A stretch of 24,000 nt of DNA from Thermoleophilia bacterium (GCA_036277455.1 DASUMX010000120.1:1082-25081); one strand, 5' to 3'; shown: positions 1 to 10,503, counted from the stretch's first letter. Numbers and translations are program-made. Notes: generated by a model not told the origin, from the letters alone.

Positions 1-73
1 CTTCCGCGACTACTGGGCGAGGCAGTTCCTGCTGCTCGCCGTGAAGCCCGACCGACCCGGGGAGGGACGATGA
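1..73 (+). CDS. 3' end of an upstream CDS (5'-truncated by the window edge), product unknown
   Basis: Frame 2 is open from the window edge (...FRDYWARQFLLLAVKPDRPGEGR*). Its TGA (71-73) overlaps the fabI ATG (70-72) as an ATGA junction typical of coupled genes. Too short to assign a family. Confidence 0.35.
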   Translation, partial: FRDYWARQFLLLAVKPDRPGEGR

Positions 74-837
74 CGGACCTGCTGGAGGGCAAGAGCTTCC
101 TCGTCACGGGCGCCGCCAACCCGCGCTCGATCGCCTGGGCGGTGGCCAAGGCGGTCAAGCGCCACGGCGGCGCCGTCGCGCTCACGTACCAGGCGGAGCG
201 GCTCAAGCGGCGCGTCGGGCAGCTCGCGGAGGAGCTCGACGGCGCGCCGATGATCGAGCTCGACGTCGGCAGCGACGCGGCCGTGAGGCGCGCCGTGGAC
301 GAGCTCCAGGAGCAGATGCCGGTGCTCGACGGCATGGTGCACAGCATCGCCTGGGCGCCGGCGGAGGACCTGCAGGGCAGCTTCGTCCAGACCAGCCGCG
401 ACGGGTTCGCGCAGGCCAACGACATCAGCTCGTACTCGCTCATCGCCACCGCGCGCGAGGCGCGGCGCCTGATGACGAGGGGCGGCGCGATCGTCACCAT
501 GACGTACGCCGGTTCGTGGCGGGTCGTGCCCAACTACAACGTCATGGGGCCCGCCAAGGCGTCGCTGGAGAGCGCCGTGCGCTATCTCGCGGCGGACCTG
601 GGGCCGGAGGGGATCCGCGTGAACGCGGTGTCCGCAGGCCCCATCGCCACCGTAGCGGCGCGCACGATCAAGGACTTCAGCGGCATGCTCGAGCTCCTGG
701 AGAGCCACACGCCGCTGCGCCGCAACGTCACCAGCGACGAGGTCGCGGACGCGACGGTGTTCCTGCTCAGCGACCTCAGCCGCGCCATCACCGGCGAGGT
801 CGTGCACGTGGACGCCGGGGCGCACGCGACGATCTGA
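70..837 (+). CDS. fabI: enoyl-[acyl-carrier-protein] reductase (NADH), FabI type
   Basis: 255 aa. N-terminal dinucleotide fold LVTGAANPRSIAWAVAK. FabI Tyr-x6-Lys catalytic motif YNVMGPAKASLE. SDR-like C-terminus ITGEVVHVDAG. GGAGGG Shine-Dalgarno just upstream of the ATG. Confidence 0.93.
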   Translation: MTDLLEGKSFLVTGAANPRSIAWAVAKAVKRHGGAVALTYQAERLKRRVGQLAEELDGAPMIELDVGSDAAVRRAVDELQEQMPVLDGMVHSIAWAPAEDLQGSFVQTSRDGFAQANDISSYSLIATAREARRLMTRGGAIVTMTYAGSWRVVPNYNVMGPAKASLESAVRYLAADLGPEGIRVNAVSAGPIATVAARTIKDFSGMLELLESHTPLRRNVTSDEVADATVFLLSDLSRAITGEVVHVDAGAHATI

Positions 838-904
838 CCCGAGACGCTCCCGGCGCGGTCTGTCCGCCACTCGCGGTCGTGGGGCCGCCTCCACGCGGCG
901 CCGG

Positions 905-1927
905 TCAGGCTCGAGCGGCCGGCCGGATGCCCAGGCCGGGCTCGTCGGACGCGGTCAGCAGGTCGCCCTCCGCCTCGATCCCCTCGAACGGATCCTGGCC
1001 CAGGAGCAGCGCTCCGTCGAGGTCCACGAAGTCGGCCAGGCCGGCCAGCTGCAGGCCGGCGGCGATGCCCAGGCTGGACTCGACCATGCAGCCGAGCATC
1101 ACGCGAAGCCCGAGCTGCGTACACGCGGAGATGAGGGCGAAGGCGGCGGCGAGGCCTCCCGCCTTCGCCAGCTTGATCACCACGCCGTCGCAGGCGTCGC
1201 CCACGGCGTCGAGGTCGTCCAGGGTCAGCACCGCCTCGTCGGCGAGCAGCGGCAGGCGCGTGCGCTCCTTGAGCCACGCCATACCTTCGGTGTCGGTGGC
1301 GGGCAGCGGCTGCTCGACGAGCTCGGCGTCGAGGTCCTCGAGGACCGCGAGAGCGGCGGCGGCTCGCTCGCGGTCCCATCCCTCGTTGACGTCGTAGCGG
1401 AACGTCGTCTCCGGCAGCGCGAGCTTGAGCCGGCGCGCCACCTCGAGGTCGCCGGCGAAGCCGAGTTTGACCTTGAGCGTGCCGAACGCGGAGGCGGCGC
1501 GCGCCTGCGCCAGCATCTCCTCAGGCGCGCCGAGGGCGATCGTGTACGACGTTCGCACGGAGGGACGAGCGAGCCCCAGCATGCGCCACACGGGCTCGCC
1601 CGCCTGCTTGCCGGCGAGGTCCCAGGCGGCGGCGCTCAGGCCCGCCCGCAGGGCCGGCACACCCTGCGCCGCCAGCGCCTCGCAATACGCCTCGACGGCG
1701 GCCGGCCCCTCGAGGTCGGCGATCTCCGGCGCGAGCTCGGCGAGGAGGTCCATGTCCCGCTGCCGCTCCTCGCCGAAGCGCGCGTTCGGAGCACTCTCGC
1801 CCAGGCCGACAAGGTCCCCCTGCCGCATCTCGATCACGAAGCGCTCGAACTCGCGGTGGGTCCCGCGGGAGATGCCGAACGGAGCGGCCGTGCGCAGATC
1901 GAAGGGCCGTGCGACGACGTGTGCCAT
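905..1927 (-). CDS. enolase-superfamily dipeptide epimerase (L-Ala-D/L-Glu epimerase-like, mandelate racemase/muconate lactonizing enzyme family)
   Basis: 340 aa. KxK motif (LKVKLG), metal-ligand strands DVNEGW / VEQPL / LADE, second catalytic Lys in VIKLAKAGG. Size and layout are typical of AE epimerases. Substrate specificity cannot be read from the sequence. Confidence 0.85.
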   Translation of the reverse strand: MAHVVARPFDLRTAAPFGISRGTHREFERFVIEMRQGDLVGLGESAPNARFGEERQRDMDLLAELAPEIADLEGPAAVEAYCEALAAQGVPALRAGLSAAAWDLAGKQAGEPVWRMLGLARPSVRTSYTIALGAPEEMLAQARAASAFGTLKVKLGFAGDLEVARRLKLALPETTFRYDVNEGWDRERAAAALAVLEDLDAELVEQPLPATDTEGMAWLKERTRLPLLADEAVLTLDDLDAVGDACDGVVIKLAKAGGLAAAFALISACTQLGLRVMLGCMVESSLGIAAGLQLAGLADFVDLDGALLLGQDPFEGIEAEGDLLTASDEPGLGIRPAARA

Positions 1928-2052
1928 GAGGTCATCCCTTCCCGGAGACGCAGAGGACGGCCCTCATGCTTACCAGCCCGCCGGGCCTGGGTCAAAGGAC
2001 GGCGCCAGGCGGCGGCCCTCACGTCCGAGGGCGTGCGGTAGACTGACGAGGC

Positions 2053-3062
2053 ATGGGTGCTGTGGAAAACACGCTTCTGCGTCTCACCGATCTGACCGTC
2101 GACTTCGCGTCGCAGGAGGGCACGGTCCACGCGGTGGACCGGGTGAGCTTCGAGGTGGCTCCCGGCGAACTCGTCGGGCTCGTCGGCGAGAGCGGCTGCG
2201 GCAAGAGCGTCACCGCGAGCGCCATCATCGGCCTCACCGGCATGCTCCCCAACGCCACCGTGAGCGGCGGCATCGGGTTCCTGGGCAGGGACCTGCTCAC
2301 GCTCCCGGAGGCCGAGGTGCGCGCCATCCGCGGCCGCGACATCAGCATGATCTTCCAGGACCCCGTCACCAGCCTGAACCCGGTGCTCAGCATCGAGCGG
2401 CTGATGACCGAGGGTCTCGAGGTGCACCTGGGCATGAGCCACGCCGAGGCGGTGCGTCGCTCCATCGAGTTGCTGGGCGAGGTGGGCATCCCCCAGGCCG
2501 CGGGCCGCATCAAGGACTACCCGCACCAGTTCAGCGGCGGCATGCGCCAGCGCGTCATGATCGCCATCGCGCTCAGCTGCAACCCCAGGCTCTTGCTCGC
2601 CGACGAGCCCACGACCGCGCTGGACGTGACCATCCAGGCGCAGATCCTGCGCCTGCTCAAGAAGCTCTCGCGCGAGCACGAGGCGGCCGTCATCGTCATC
2701 ACCCACGACCTCGGCGTGGTGGCGGGCATGTGCCGGCGCATCCTCGTCATGTACGCCGGGCGCATCGTCGAGAGCGGCCCGGCAAAGCCGCTGTTCGCGC
2801 ACCCGCACCACCCCTACACCGTCGGCCTGCTGAGGAGCGTGCCCCGGCTGGGCGAGCCGCGACGCGACACGCTGCAGACGATCGCAGGACTGCCGCCGGA
2901 CCTCGCCAACCTGCCGCCCGGTTGCGCGTTCGCGCCGCGCTGCGATCTCCAGACCGACGCCTGCTGGGCGTCCGTGCCCGAGCTGGAGCCCACTGACTAC
3001 GGCCGCCTCTCGGCGTGCCTCCACAGCGACCTGCTGCGCGAGACGGCGGCGGAGACGACGGC

Positions 3063-3066
<4 letters not shown>
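2053..3066 (+). CDS. peptide (Opp/Dpp-type) ABC transporter ATP-binding protein, OppD/DppD-like
   Basis: 337 aa. Walker A GESGCGKS, signature FSGGMRQR, Walker [14 protein letters not shown]-loop ITHDL. C-terminal oligopeptide-ABC extension HPYT...[10 protein letters not shown]. Confidence 0.93.
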
Positions 3067-4150
<1,084 letters not shown>

Positions 4151-4154
<4 letters not shown>

Positions 4155-5176
4155 CCTACGTGCCGCCGGAGGGACCCGGTCACGACCGCAGGATCCAGGG
4201 CCTCGAGCCCGAGATCGAGGTCGACCTCGGGTTGAGCCACCCGTCGGGCGCGTCCGAGATCGGCACGGCCGTCGGCGCCGCCGGCATGTGGAGCCCCGAC
4301 ACCCTGCTGGTCGAGCACCGCTCGCTGTGGGGCGAGATCTGGCGGCGCTTCCGCCGCGACAAGTTCGCGATGATCGGTGTGGTCGTCATCGTCCTGATCG
4401 TCCTGATCGCCGTCCTGGCTCCCTGGATCGCGCCGCACGACCCCACCACGCAGTACGACGAGGGCATCACCATGGACGGCATGCCCGTCGGGTCGTCGGC
4501 GCAGTTCCCGCTCGGCACCGACACCCTCGGCCGCGACCTGCTCAGCCGGCTCATGTACGGCGCCCGCGTCAGCCTCGTCGTCGGCGTCTGCGCCAACGGC
4601 TTCGCGCTCGTCCTCGGCGTGATCTTCGGCCTCACCGCCGGCTACTTCCGCGGCTGGATCGAGACCCTGCTCATGCGCGTCACGGACGTGATGATGGCGT
4701 TCCCCATCATCCTGCTCGCCGTGGCGCTGGTGAGCGTCCTCAAACCGAGCATCTGGATCCTGATCCTCGTCATCGGCATCGTGTACTGGACGCCGATGAC
4801 GCGGGTGATCCACGGCGAGGTGCTCAGCATCCGCGAGAAGGAGTTCGTCGACGCGGCGCGGCTCACCGGCTGCAGCAGCGCGCGCATCCTCTCGCGGCAC
4901 ATCCTGCCGCACCTCGTCGCCGTCATCCTCGTCTACACCAGCCTGGGCCTCGCCACCACGATCCTCTTCGAGGCGACGCTCAGCTACATCGGCCTCGGCG
5001 TACAGCCGCCGACGCCGTCCTGGGGCCAGATGATCAGCGAGGGCCAGAGCTACTATCTCTCGGCGCCGCACCTCGTCATCTATCCCGGCCTCGCCATCAT
5101 GATCACCGTGCTCGCGTTCAACCTCGTGGGGGACGGGCTACGCGACGCGTTCGACCCGCAGCAGCGAAGAAGATGA
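4151..5176 (+). CDS. peptide ABC transporter permease, OppC/DppC-like
   Basis: Multi-TM BPD-transporter domain with the EAA-type loop (FVDAARLTGCSSARILSRHILPH). The conserved N-terminal segment FRRDKFAMIGVVVIVL is present. Start set at GTG 4151 (GTGA overlap with the upstream stop). Third-codon positions across 4151-4285 are almost all G/C, supporting coding. ATG 4286 is the alternative start; 3968-4150 is an Arg-rich overlap artefact. Confidence 0.85.
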
Positions 5177-5216
5177 CCACACCACGTACCGTATGGGGAC
5201 GTCCAAGGAGGAAGGT

Positions 5217-6899
5217 ATGACTCGTCCGTCTATCAAGGGAGGCGCCGTCGCGACGGCGGTGCTGGGGCTCGTCCTGGCGCTCGCGCTGGGGCTCGCCGCC
5301 TGTGGCGCCGACACCAGCGACGAGGGAGGCAGCAGCCCCACCGCGTCGACAGACCAGCCCAAGCAGGGCGGCACGCTCACGCTCTCGTATCTCTCCGAGC
5401 CCTCGAGCCTGGACCCGGCAGTGGCCTGGAACGTCATCGACTGGCAGATCGAGCACGACATCTACCAGGGGTTCCTGCAGTACGCACACGAGTCCGGCCA
5501 GGCCGGCACCGAGCTCATCCCCTGCCTGGCCACGGAAGTACCGAGCGTGGAGAACGGCGGCATCTCGGCCGACGGCACCGTGTACACGTTCCACCTGCGA
5601 GAGGGCGTCAACTTCCAGCCGCCGGTCAGCCGCGAGGTCACGGCGGCCGACTTCAAGTACAGCTTCGAGCGCATGATGCGCGAGCCGCGCGCCCCGGCCA
5701 CATCGTTCTACATGGGCGTCGTCGGCGCCGACGAGTTCATGGACGGCAAGGCCGACGAGATCACCGGGTTCAAAGCGGTCGACGACTACACCGTCGAGAT
5801 CACGCTCGAGAGCCCCGACCTCTCGTTCCTCAACGCCGTCACCATGGACTTCTGCGACGTGGTGCCCAAAGAGTGGGTCGAGAAGTGGGGCAAGCAGTTC
5901 AACCGCAACCCGCTCGGCACCGGCCCGTTCGTGTTCCAGGAGTGGACGCCCGGCCGCGAGATCGTGCTCACCCGCAATCCCGACTACTGGGAAGAGGGCA
6001 AGCCGTACCTCGACGGCGTCAACTACCAGCTCTCGTTCAACCCGCCGACGGCGCTGCTCAAGCTCGAGCGCGGCGAGGTGGACGTGCTCGGCGACGGCAT
6101 CCCGGTCGCCGACCTGCCGCGGGTCAACGCCGACCCCAAGTGGAAGGAGCAGGTCTTCTCTCAGCCACTGGTGGCGATCAGCTACATGTTCATGAACGTC
6201 GAGATGAAGCCGTTCGACGACGTCAAGGTGCGCCAGGCGCTCAGCTGGGCGATCGACCGCGACAAGCTGGTCAAGCTCCAGGCGGGTCAGGCGATGAGCC
6301 TCTGGCAGTTCTATCCCGAGGGCATGCCGGGCTACGAGGAGGGCAAGGTCTACTACGGGTACGACCCCGCCAAGGCCAAGCAGCTGCTCGCGGAGGCCGG
6401 CTATCCCGACGGCTTCGAGACGATGCTCTACACCGACAACGTCGACCCGAACCCGAAGCTGTGGCAGTCGGTGCAGGCGGACCTCGCCGCCGTCGGCGTG
6501 CAGGCCGGCCTCAAGACCATGAGCAACAACACCTACTACGTGCAGCAGGGCACGCCCAACACGCTCACGGCCGGCAGCTTCGGCTGGTGGATGGACTTCC
6601 CCGACCCGAGCGACTGGATCGCCCCGCTGTTCAGCAAGGCGAGCGCGGTGGAGGGCGGCATGAACTCCAGCTTCTGGTGGAGCCCCGAGCTCGAGACGAT
6701 GTTCGCCGATGCGCAGAAGATGACCGACCCCGAGGCGCGCATCGCCAAGTTCACGGAGATGCAGGCCTACATCGCGGAGCAGGCGCCCTACGTGCCCTGC
6801 TACCAGCCCATCCAGACGACGATGTGCTCCGAGACCACGGGCGGCTTCTACCTGCACCCCGTGTATCAGATCGACCCCACCCAGTACTGGAAGAAGTAG
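5217..6899 (+). CDS. peptide/nickel ABC transporter substrate-binding lipoprotein (SBP family 5)
   Basis: Signal peptide plus lipobox LGLAAC-G. Long family-5 body (LTLSYLSEPSSLDP, NPDYWEEGKPYLDGV). Start set at ATG 5217, which follows AAGGAGGA (5205-5212). ATG 5193 has no ribosome-binding site. Confidence 0.9.
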   Translation: MTRPSIKGGAVATAVLGLVLALALGLAACGADTSDEGGSSPTASTDQPKQGGTLTLSYLSEPSSLDPAVAWNVIDWQIEHDIYQGFLQYAHESGQAGTELIPCLATEVPSVENGGISADGTVYTFHLREGVNFQPPVSREVTAADFKYSFERMMREPRAPATSFYMGVVGADEFMDGKADEITGFKAVDDYTVEITLESPDLSFLNAVTMDFCDVVPKEWVEKWGKQFNRNPLGTGPFVFQEWTPGREIVLTRNPDYWEEGKPYLDGVNYQLSFNPPTALLKLERGEVDVLGDGIPVADLPRVNADPKWKEQVFSQPLVAISYMFMNVEMKPFDDVKVRQALSWAIDRDKLVKLQAGQAMSLWQFYPEGMPGYEEGKVYYGYDPAKAKQLLAEAGYPDGFETMLYTDNVDPNPKLWQSVQADLAAVGVQAGLKTMSNNTYYVQQGTPNTLTAGSFGWWMDFPDPSDWIAPLFSKASAVEGGMNSSFWWSPELETMFADAQKMTDPEARIAKFTEMQAYIAEQAPYVPCYQPIQTTMCSETTGGFYLHPVYQIDPTQYWKK

Positions 6900-6940
6900 C
6901 ACGATGACCGTGGCGCGACGCGAGGCGGGCAGGAGCGGCG

Positions 6941-7870
6941 ATGGGTAAGTACGTCGTCCGCCGGCTGCTCTGGATGGTGGTGGTGCTCTTCTTCGTGAGC
7001 CTCATCACGTTCCTGCTCGCCTTCGCCGTGCCCGGCGACCCCGCCAAGAGCATCGCCGGCACCAAGGCGACCGCCGAGGTCCTCCAGAGGATCCGGCAGG
7101 ATCTCGGCCTGGACGAGCCTCTGTGGAAGCAGTACGGCCTGTACCTGTGGCGGCTGCTGCACGGCAACATGGACTACAGCTACGAGACCCAGCTGCCCGT
7201 GGCGACGGCGATCCTGCAGCGCTTTCCCGCCACCGTGATGGTGGCCATGTTCGGCATCTTCTTCGAACTGCTCATCGGCATCCCCATCGGGATGACCAGC
7301 GCCCTGAGACAGTACGGCTTCCGCGACCGCGCGTTCACCGTGTTCAGCCTGCTGTTCCTGAGCTTGCCGGCGTTCTTCCTCGGCATGCTCCTCCTGTACA
7401 TCTTCGCCTTCCAGTGGCCGATCTTCCCGCTGGGCGGCTACGAGGGATGGACGGCGCCGATCTACGGCATCCTGCCCGGGCTCACGATCGGCTTGGGCGG
7501 CGCCGCCTGGTACTCGAGGATGCTGCGCAGCAGCATGCTCGACATCCTGGGCGCCGACTACGTGAAGGCCGCTCGTGCCAAAGGGCTCCCCGAGCGCACG
7601 GTGGTCTGGCGGCACATCATGCGCAACGCCTGGAGCCCGATCGTGACGCTGCTCGGCATGGACGTGGGCTGGTTCCTCGGCGGCGTGCTCGTCATCGAGA
7701 TCGTGTTCGGCATCCCGGGCATCGGCGGGCAGGCGTATGCGGCGATCCAGACGCAGGATCTGCCGATGATCATGGGTACAGTGCTCTTCGCCGCGCTGCT
7801 TGTCACCATCAGCAATTTCGTAGTAGACCTTGCCTACACGTGGCTCGACCCGCGCGTGAAGTACAGCTGA
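6941..7870 (+). CDS. peptide ABC transporter permease, OppB/DppB-like
   Basis: 309 aa. Typical N-terminus MGKYVVRRLLWMVVVLFFVSLITF. EAA loop YVKAARAKGLPERTVVWRHIMRNA. C-terminus DPRVKY. AGGAG lies 5 nt upstream of the ATG. Confidence 0.92.
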   Translation: MGKYVVRRLLWMVVVLFFVSLITFLLAFAVPGDPAKSIAGTKATAEVLQRIRQDLGLDEPLWKQYGLYLWRLLHGNMDYSYETQLPVATAILQRFPATVMVAMFGIFFELLIGIPIGMTSALRQYGFRDRAFTVFSLLFLSLPAFFLGMLLLYIFAFQWPIFPLGGYEGWTAPIYGILPGLTIGLGGAAWYSRMLRSSMLDILGADYVKAARAKGLPERTVVWRHIMRNAWSPIVTLLGMDVGWFLGGVLVIEIVFGIPGIGGQAYAAIQTQDLPMIMGTVLFAALLVTISNFVVDLAYTWLDPRVKYS

Positions 7871-7907
7871 TCTGACCCGGCGTTCCGGCGCCGGGACCAC
7901 GACCCGT

Positions 7908-9614
7908 ATGGCTGGCTCCCGACAGACAGACCCGTTCGGCCCGGTGAGATCACGGCTCCTCGCCGTGGCGGAGTACCTGCGCGCGCGTCCTGTCCAGGAC
8001 TTCGTCGCAGGTGCGGCGCTCCTCATCATCGTGCTCTTCCCGTTCGCCTACATCGACCGCCGTGAGCAGCTGATCGGCGTCCCCGCCGCGATCGCCACGC
8101 TGATCATCATCGGCGGCGCGCTCGGCGGCGGTCCGCGCGTGGGCGCAGGCCTCGCCTTCGTCGGAGGCGTCGCCTACGACGTCCTCGTCATCACCGACCG
8201 CTGGCTGATCGCCGGCCCCACCACGATCGTGGTCGTGATCCTCTGGCTCGCGGCCGGGTTCGGCGTCGGGCTCCTGGGGGACCGGTACCGCGGCCAGGTG
8301 GCGCGCGCCCTCGACCAGGCGCACGACTCGCGTGACGCGCTCGACCGGGTGGTCGGGGCGACGCCGCTGTTCCACGCCCGCGGCGGCCCCGCGGCGGTGG
8401 CCCGGGCGATCTGTGACGTGGCCCTCGAGACCTTCGACTGCCAGCTCGCCGCGCTCTTCGCGATCGAGGGCGAACGGCTGCGACTGCTCGCCCGTTCGCC
8501 CTACCTCGCCAGGACCGCGGAGCGGCTGATCATGGAGCCGTCGTTCGAGCTGCAACAGGAGCTCGCCGAGAACCTGCTGCCCCAGTTCGTCCACGACGTC
8601 CGAGAACCGTTCGGCCCGCGCATGCCGCGCGCCGTCACCTCAGACCCCGACCAGGTCTCCGCGATCCGCGCGCCGGTGCTGCTCGACGACCAGCCCGTCG
8701 CGCTGCTCGCCCTCAGCTGGTCGCGCCGCATGCCCGAGCCGGAACGCGGCGACCTCGGCGTGGTGCAGCGCTTCGCCGAGCACGCCGCCGTCGCCCTCGC
8801 CCAGGCTCAGCGCGCCCAGGCCCAGCAGGACGTGGCCGCGCTCTACCGCCGGTTCCAGTCCAGCCTGTCCCCGGTGGTCAAAGTCGAGTCCGACCACATC
8901 AAGGTCGCCACCTACTATCGGCCGGGCGAAGCGCGCATGCTGCTCGGCGGCGACTTCATCGACGCCGTCACCCGGCCCAACGGGTCGGTGGCTGCGGTGA
9001 TCGGGGACGTCACGGGGCATGGGCCGGACGCAGCAGCGCTGGGGGCCAGCCTCCGCGCGGCGTGGCGCGCCCTCGCCCTCCGAGGGGCGTCCCTGCAGGC
9101 GAACATGAAGACGCTCAACAGCCTGACGCTGGACGAGAGCGACCGCGCCGAAGAGGGCGAGTCGGGCCTCGGCCTCCTCGCCACCGTCTGCGCGGTCGAG
9201 ATCGACGGAGCCGGCCGGCGCGCCCGCTTCGTCAACGCCGGCCACCCCATGCCGCTGCTGCTCGGCGCCGAGGTCGTCTCGCTCGAGCACACCCCGGGGA
9301 TGATGCTCGGCGTGGAGCAGTACGGCGACTGGGCGCCGCACGAGGTCACGCTCCCCGAAGACTGGGGCCTGCTGCTGTACAGCGACGGCATCGTCGAGGC
9401 CCGTTTGGGTCCCGGCACGCGCTCCCGGCTCGGGCTCGACGGGTTGCGGGCGGCGCTCGCCGACCTGTGGTTGCGGCGGGCGATAACGGCGGCGGACCTG
9501 GAGCGACTGGTGGAGGGCGTGCAGGCCGACAGGCAACACGTGCTCGAGGACGACGTCACGCTGCTGCTGCTCTCACACGACGGCCAGCGGCACGCGCACG
9601 GTCACGTGATCTGA
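7908..9614 (+). CDS. membrane-anchored GAF-domain PP2C/SpoIIE-family protein serine/threonine phosphatase
   Basis: 568 aa. About four N-terminal hydrophobic helices (aa ~35-125). A central GAF-like segment. C-terminal SpoIIE/PP2C motifs GGDFIDAV, AVIGDVTGHGPDAAALG, FVNAGHPMPLL, LLLYSDGIVEA. The exact start is uncertain (no clear SD). Confidence 0.85.
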   Translation: MAGSRQTDPFGPVRSRLLAVAEYLRARPVQDFVAGAALLIIVLFPFAYIDRREQLIGVPAAIATLIIIGGALGGGPRVGAGLAFVGGVAYDVLVITDRWLIAGPTTIVVVILWLAAGFGVGLLGDRYRGQVARALDQAHDSRDALDRVVGATPLFHARGGPAAVARAICDVALETFDCQLAALFAIEGERLRLLARSPYLARTAERLIMEPSFELQQELAENLLPQFVHDVREPFGPRMPRAVTSDPDQVSAIRAPVLLDDQPVALLALSWSRRMPEPERGDLGVVQRFAEHAAVALAQAQRAQAQQDVAALYRRFQSSLSPVVKVESDHIKVATYYRPGEARMLLGGDFIDAVTRPNGSVAAVIGDVTGHGPDAAALGASLRAAWRALALRGASLQANMKTLNSLTLDESDRAEEGESGLGLLATVCAVEIDGAGRRARFVNAGHPMPLLLGAEVVSLEHTPGMMLGVEQYGDWAPHEVTLPEDWGLLLYSDGIVEARLGPGTRSRLGLDGLRAALADLWLRRAITAADLERLVEGVQADRQHVLEDDVTLLLLSHDGQRHAHGHVI

Positions 9615-9617
9615 CGG

Positions 9618-9639
9618 CCGGCGGCGGCGCGGCCGCCGG
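9618..9639. terminator. GC hairpin between convergent genes (possible bidirectional terminator)
   Basis: CCGGCGGC (9618-9625) / GCCGCCGG (9632-9639) with a 6-nt loop. A second small hairpin GGCCGG-ccat-CCGGCC lies at 9641-9656. No U-tract, so this rests on structure only. Confidence 0.3.
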
Positions 9640-9668
9640 AGGCCGGCCATCCGGCCCGCCGCCGTCCC

Positions 9669-10406
9669 TCAGTCTGCGACGGCGGCCTCCGGGACGCCCG
9701 ACTCGAGCAGGTCCGGCAGCGCGCGCTGCAGCATGAACTCCAGCACGGCGTAGGCGCGGCGCATGTCGAAGTCGTCGTCGATGGCCTCCTGGATGGCCAG
9801 GCCGTCGACGACCGCCGTCATGAGCTCGGCGACGCCGAGGAGCGCCTCCTCGTCCGGATGCTCGGGGCAGGCCGCCGCCGGCTCCCCCTCGTGGCGCAGC
9901 CAGTCTCGCTTGATCTGGCGGTACGACGCGTAGGCGCGAGCCATGCGGCTCCGGAAGCTCTCGTTGCGCAGGGCGTACGGGAGGATGTCGAAGAAGACCC
10001 GGAACGAGCGCGAGAGACTGATGGTCCGCAGCCCGTCCACGAACCGCGGCAGTCGGTCCTCGCTCGTGACCGTGCTCATCGCGGCTGCGGCGTCCTGCTG
10101 GTCGTCGCGGAACACGGAGTCGATCATCGCCTCGACGAGGCCCTCCTTGTTCCCGAAGTAGTACTGGACCATCGCCGAGTTCTCGCCTGACTCCTGGGCG
10201 ATGGCGCGCAGCGTCAGGCCGGAGAAGCCCTTCTCGACGAGCACGCGCTGCGCAGCGGCCAGGATGTTGAGCGCCGGCGGCGACATGCCCTGCCGGGGGT
10301 CGCCGCCGGACGGCGCCTGACGGCTCGACGCGACGTGGCCGTTCGAGGCCGCCGGAGCGGCGGCGACGGGACGTCCGACGCTTGCGTCACGCTCGGCGCG
10401 GGCCAT
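9669..10406 (-). CDS. TetR/AcrR-family transcriptional regulator
   Basis: TetR helix-turn-helix LTLRAIAQESGENSAMVQYYFGNKEGLVEAMI follows a low-complexity N-terminal extension of about 55 aa. ATG 10286 is an alternative shorter start. Divergent from mmsA. Confidence 0.88.
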   Translation of the reverse strand: MARAERDASVGRPVAAAPAASNGHVASSRQAPSGGDPRQGMSPPALNILAAAQRVLVEKGFSGLTLRAIAQESGENSAMVQYYFGNKEGLVEAMIDSVFRDDQQDAAAAMSTVTSEDRLPRFVDGLRTISLSRSFRVFFDILPYALRNESFRSRMARAYASYRQIKRDWLRHEGEPAAACPEHPDEEALLGVAELMTAVVDGLAIQEAIDDDFDMRRAYAVLEFMLQRALPDLLESGVPEAAVAD

Positions 10407-10426
10407 CCGTGGTATCCCTCGTGTAG

Positions 10427-10455
10427 TTGAAGTTAATCACTTGATTGATTAGACT
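10427..10455 (+). promoter_or_regulatory. candidate mmsA promoter with embedded TetR-type operator
   Basis: -35 TTGAAG (10427-10432), 17-nt spacer, -10 TAGACT (10450-10455). The spacer holds the inverted repeat AATCA-CT-TGATT (10435-10446). Extra AATCA copies at 10471-10475 and 10484-10488. This is a conspicuous AT-rich patch in otherwise GC-rich DNA. Confidence 0.45.
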
Positions 10456-10503
10456 CCTTCAAGCCGCACCAATCAACCGTGAAAATCAGCGAGAGGAACG
10501 ACG

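Noticed and set aside
10-894. 294-aa minus-strand ORF covering fabI. Similar long antisense or alternative-frame ORFs occur elsewhere, e.g. 1834-3024(-), 2997-4097(-), 5118-6902(-), 6866-8029(-), 10486-11919(-), 13687-14925(+), 15488-16963(+), 18350-19438(+) and 20190-21056(+).
   Set aside because: They are Arg/Ala/Gly/Pro/His-rich with no motifs and mirror genes that have clear family signatures. Such shadow ORFs are expected in very GC-rich DNA, where stop codons are rare.
838-904. Possible terminator hairpins between convergent fabI and the epimerase gene.
   Set aside because: Only short (4-7 bp) or very long-loop pairings could be drawn (e.g. CCGGCGC 851-857 with GCGCCGG 898-904, 40-nt loop). 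This is not convincing enough to annotate.
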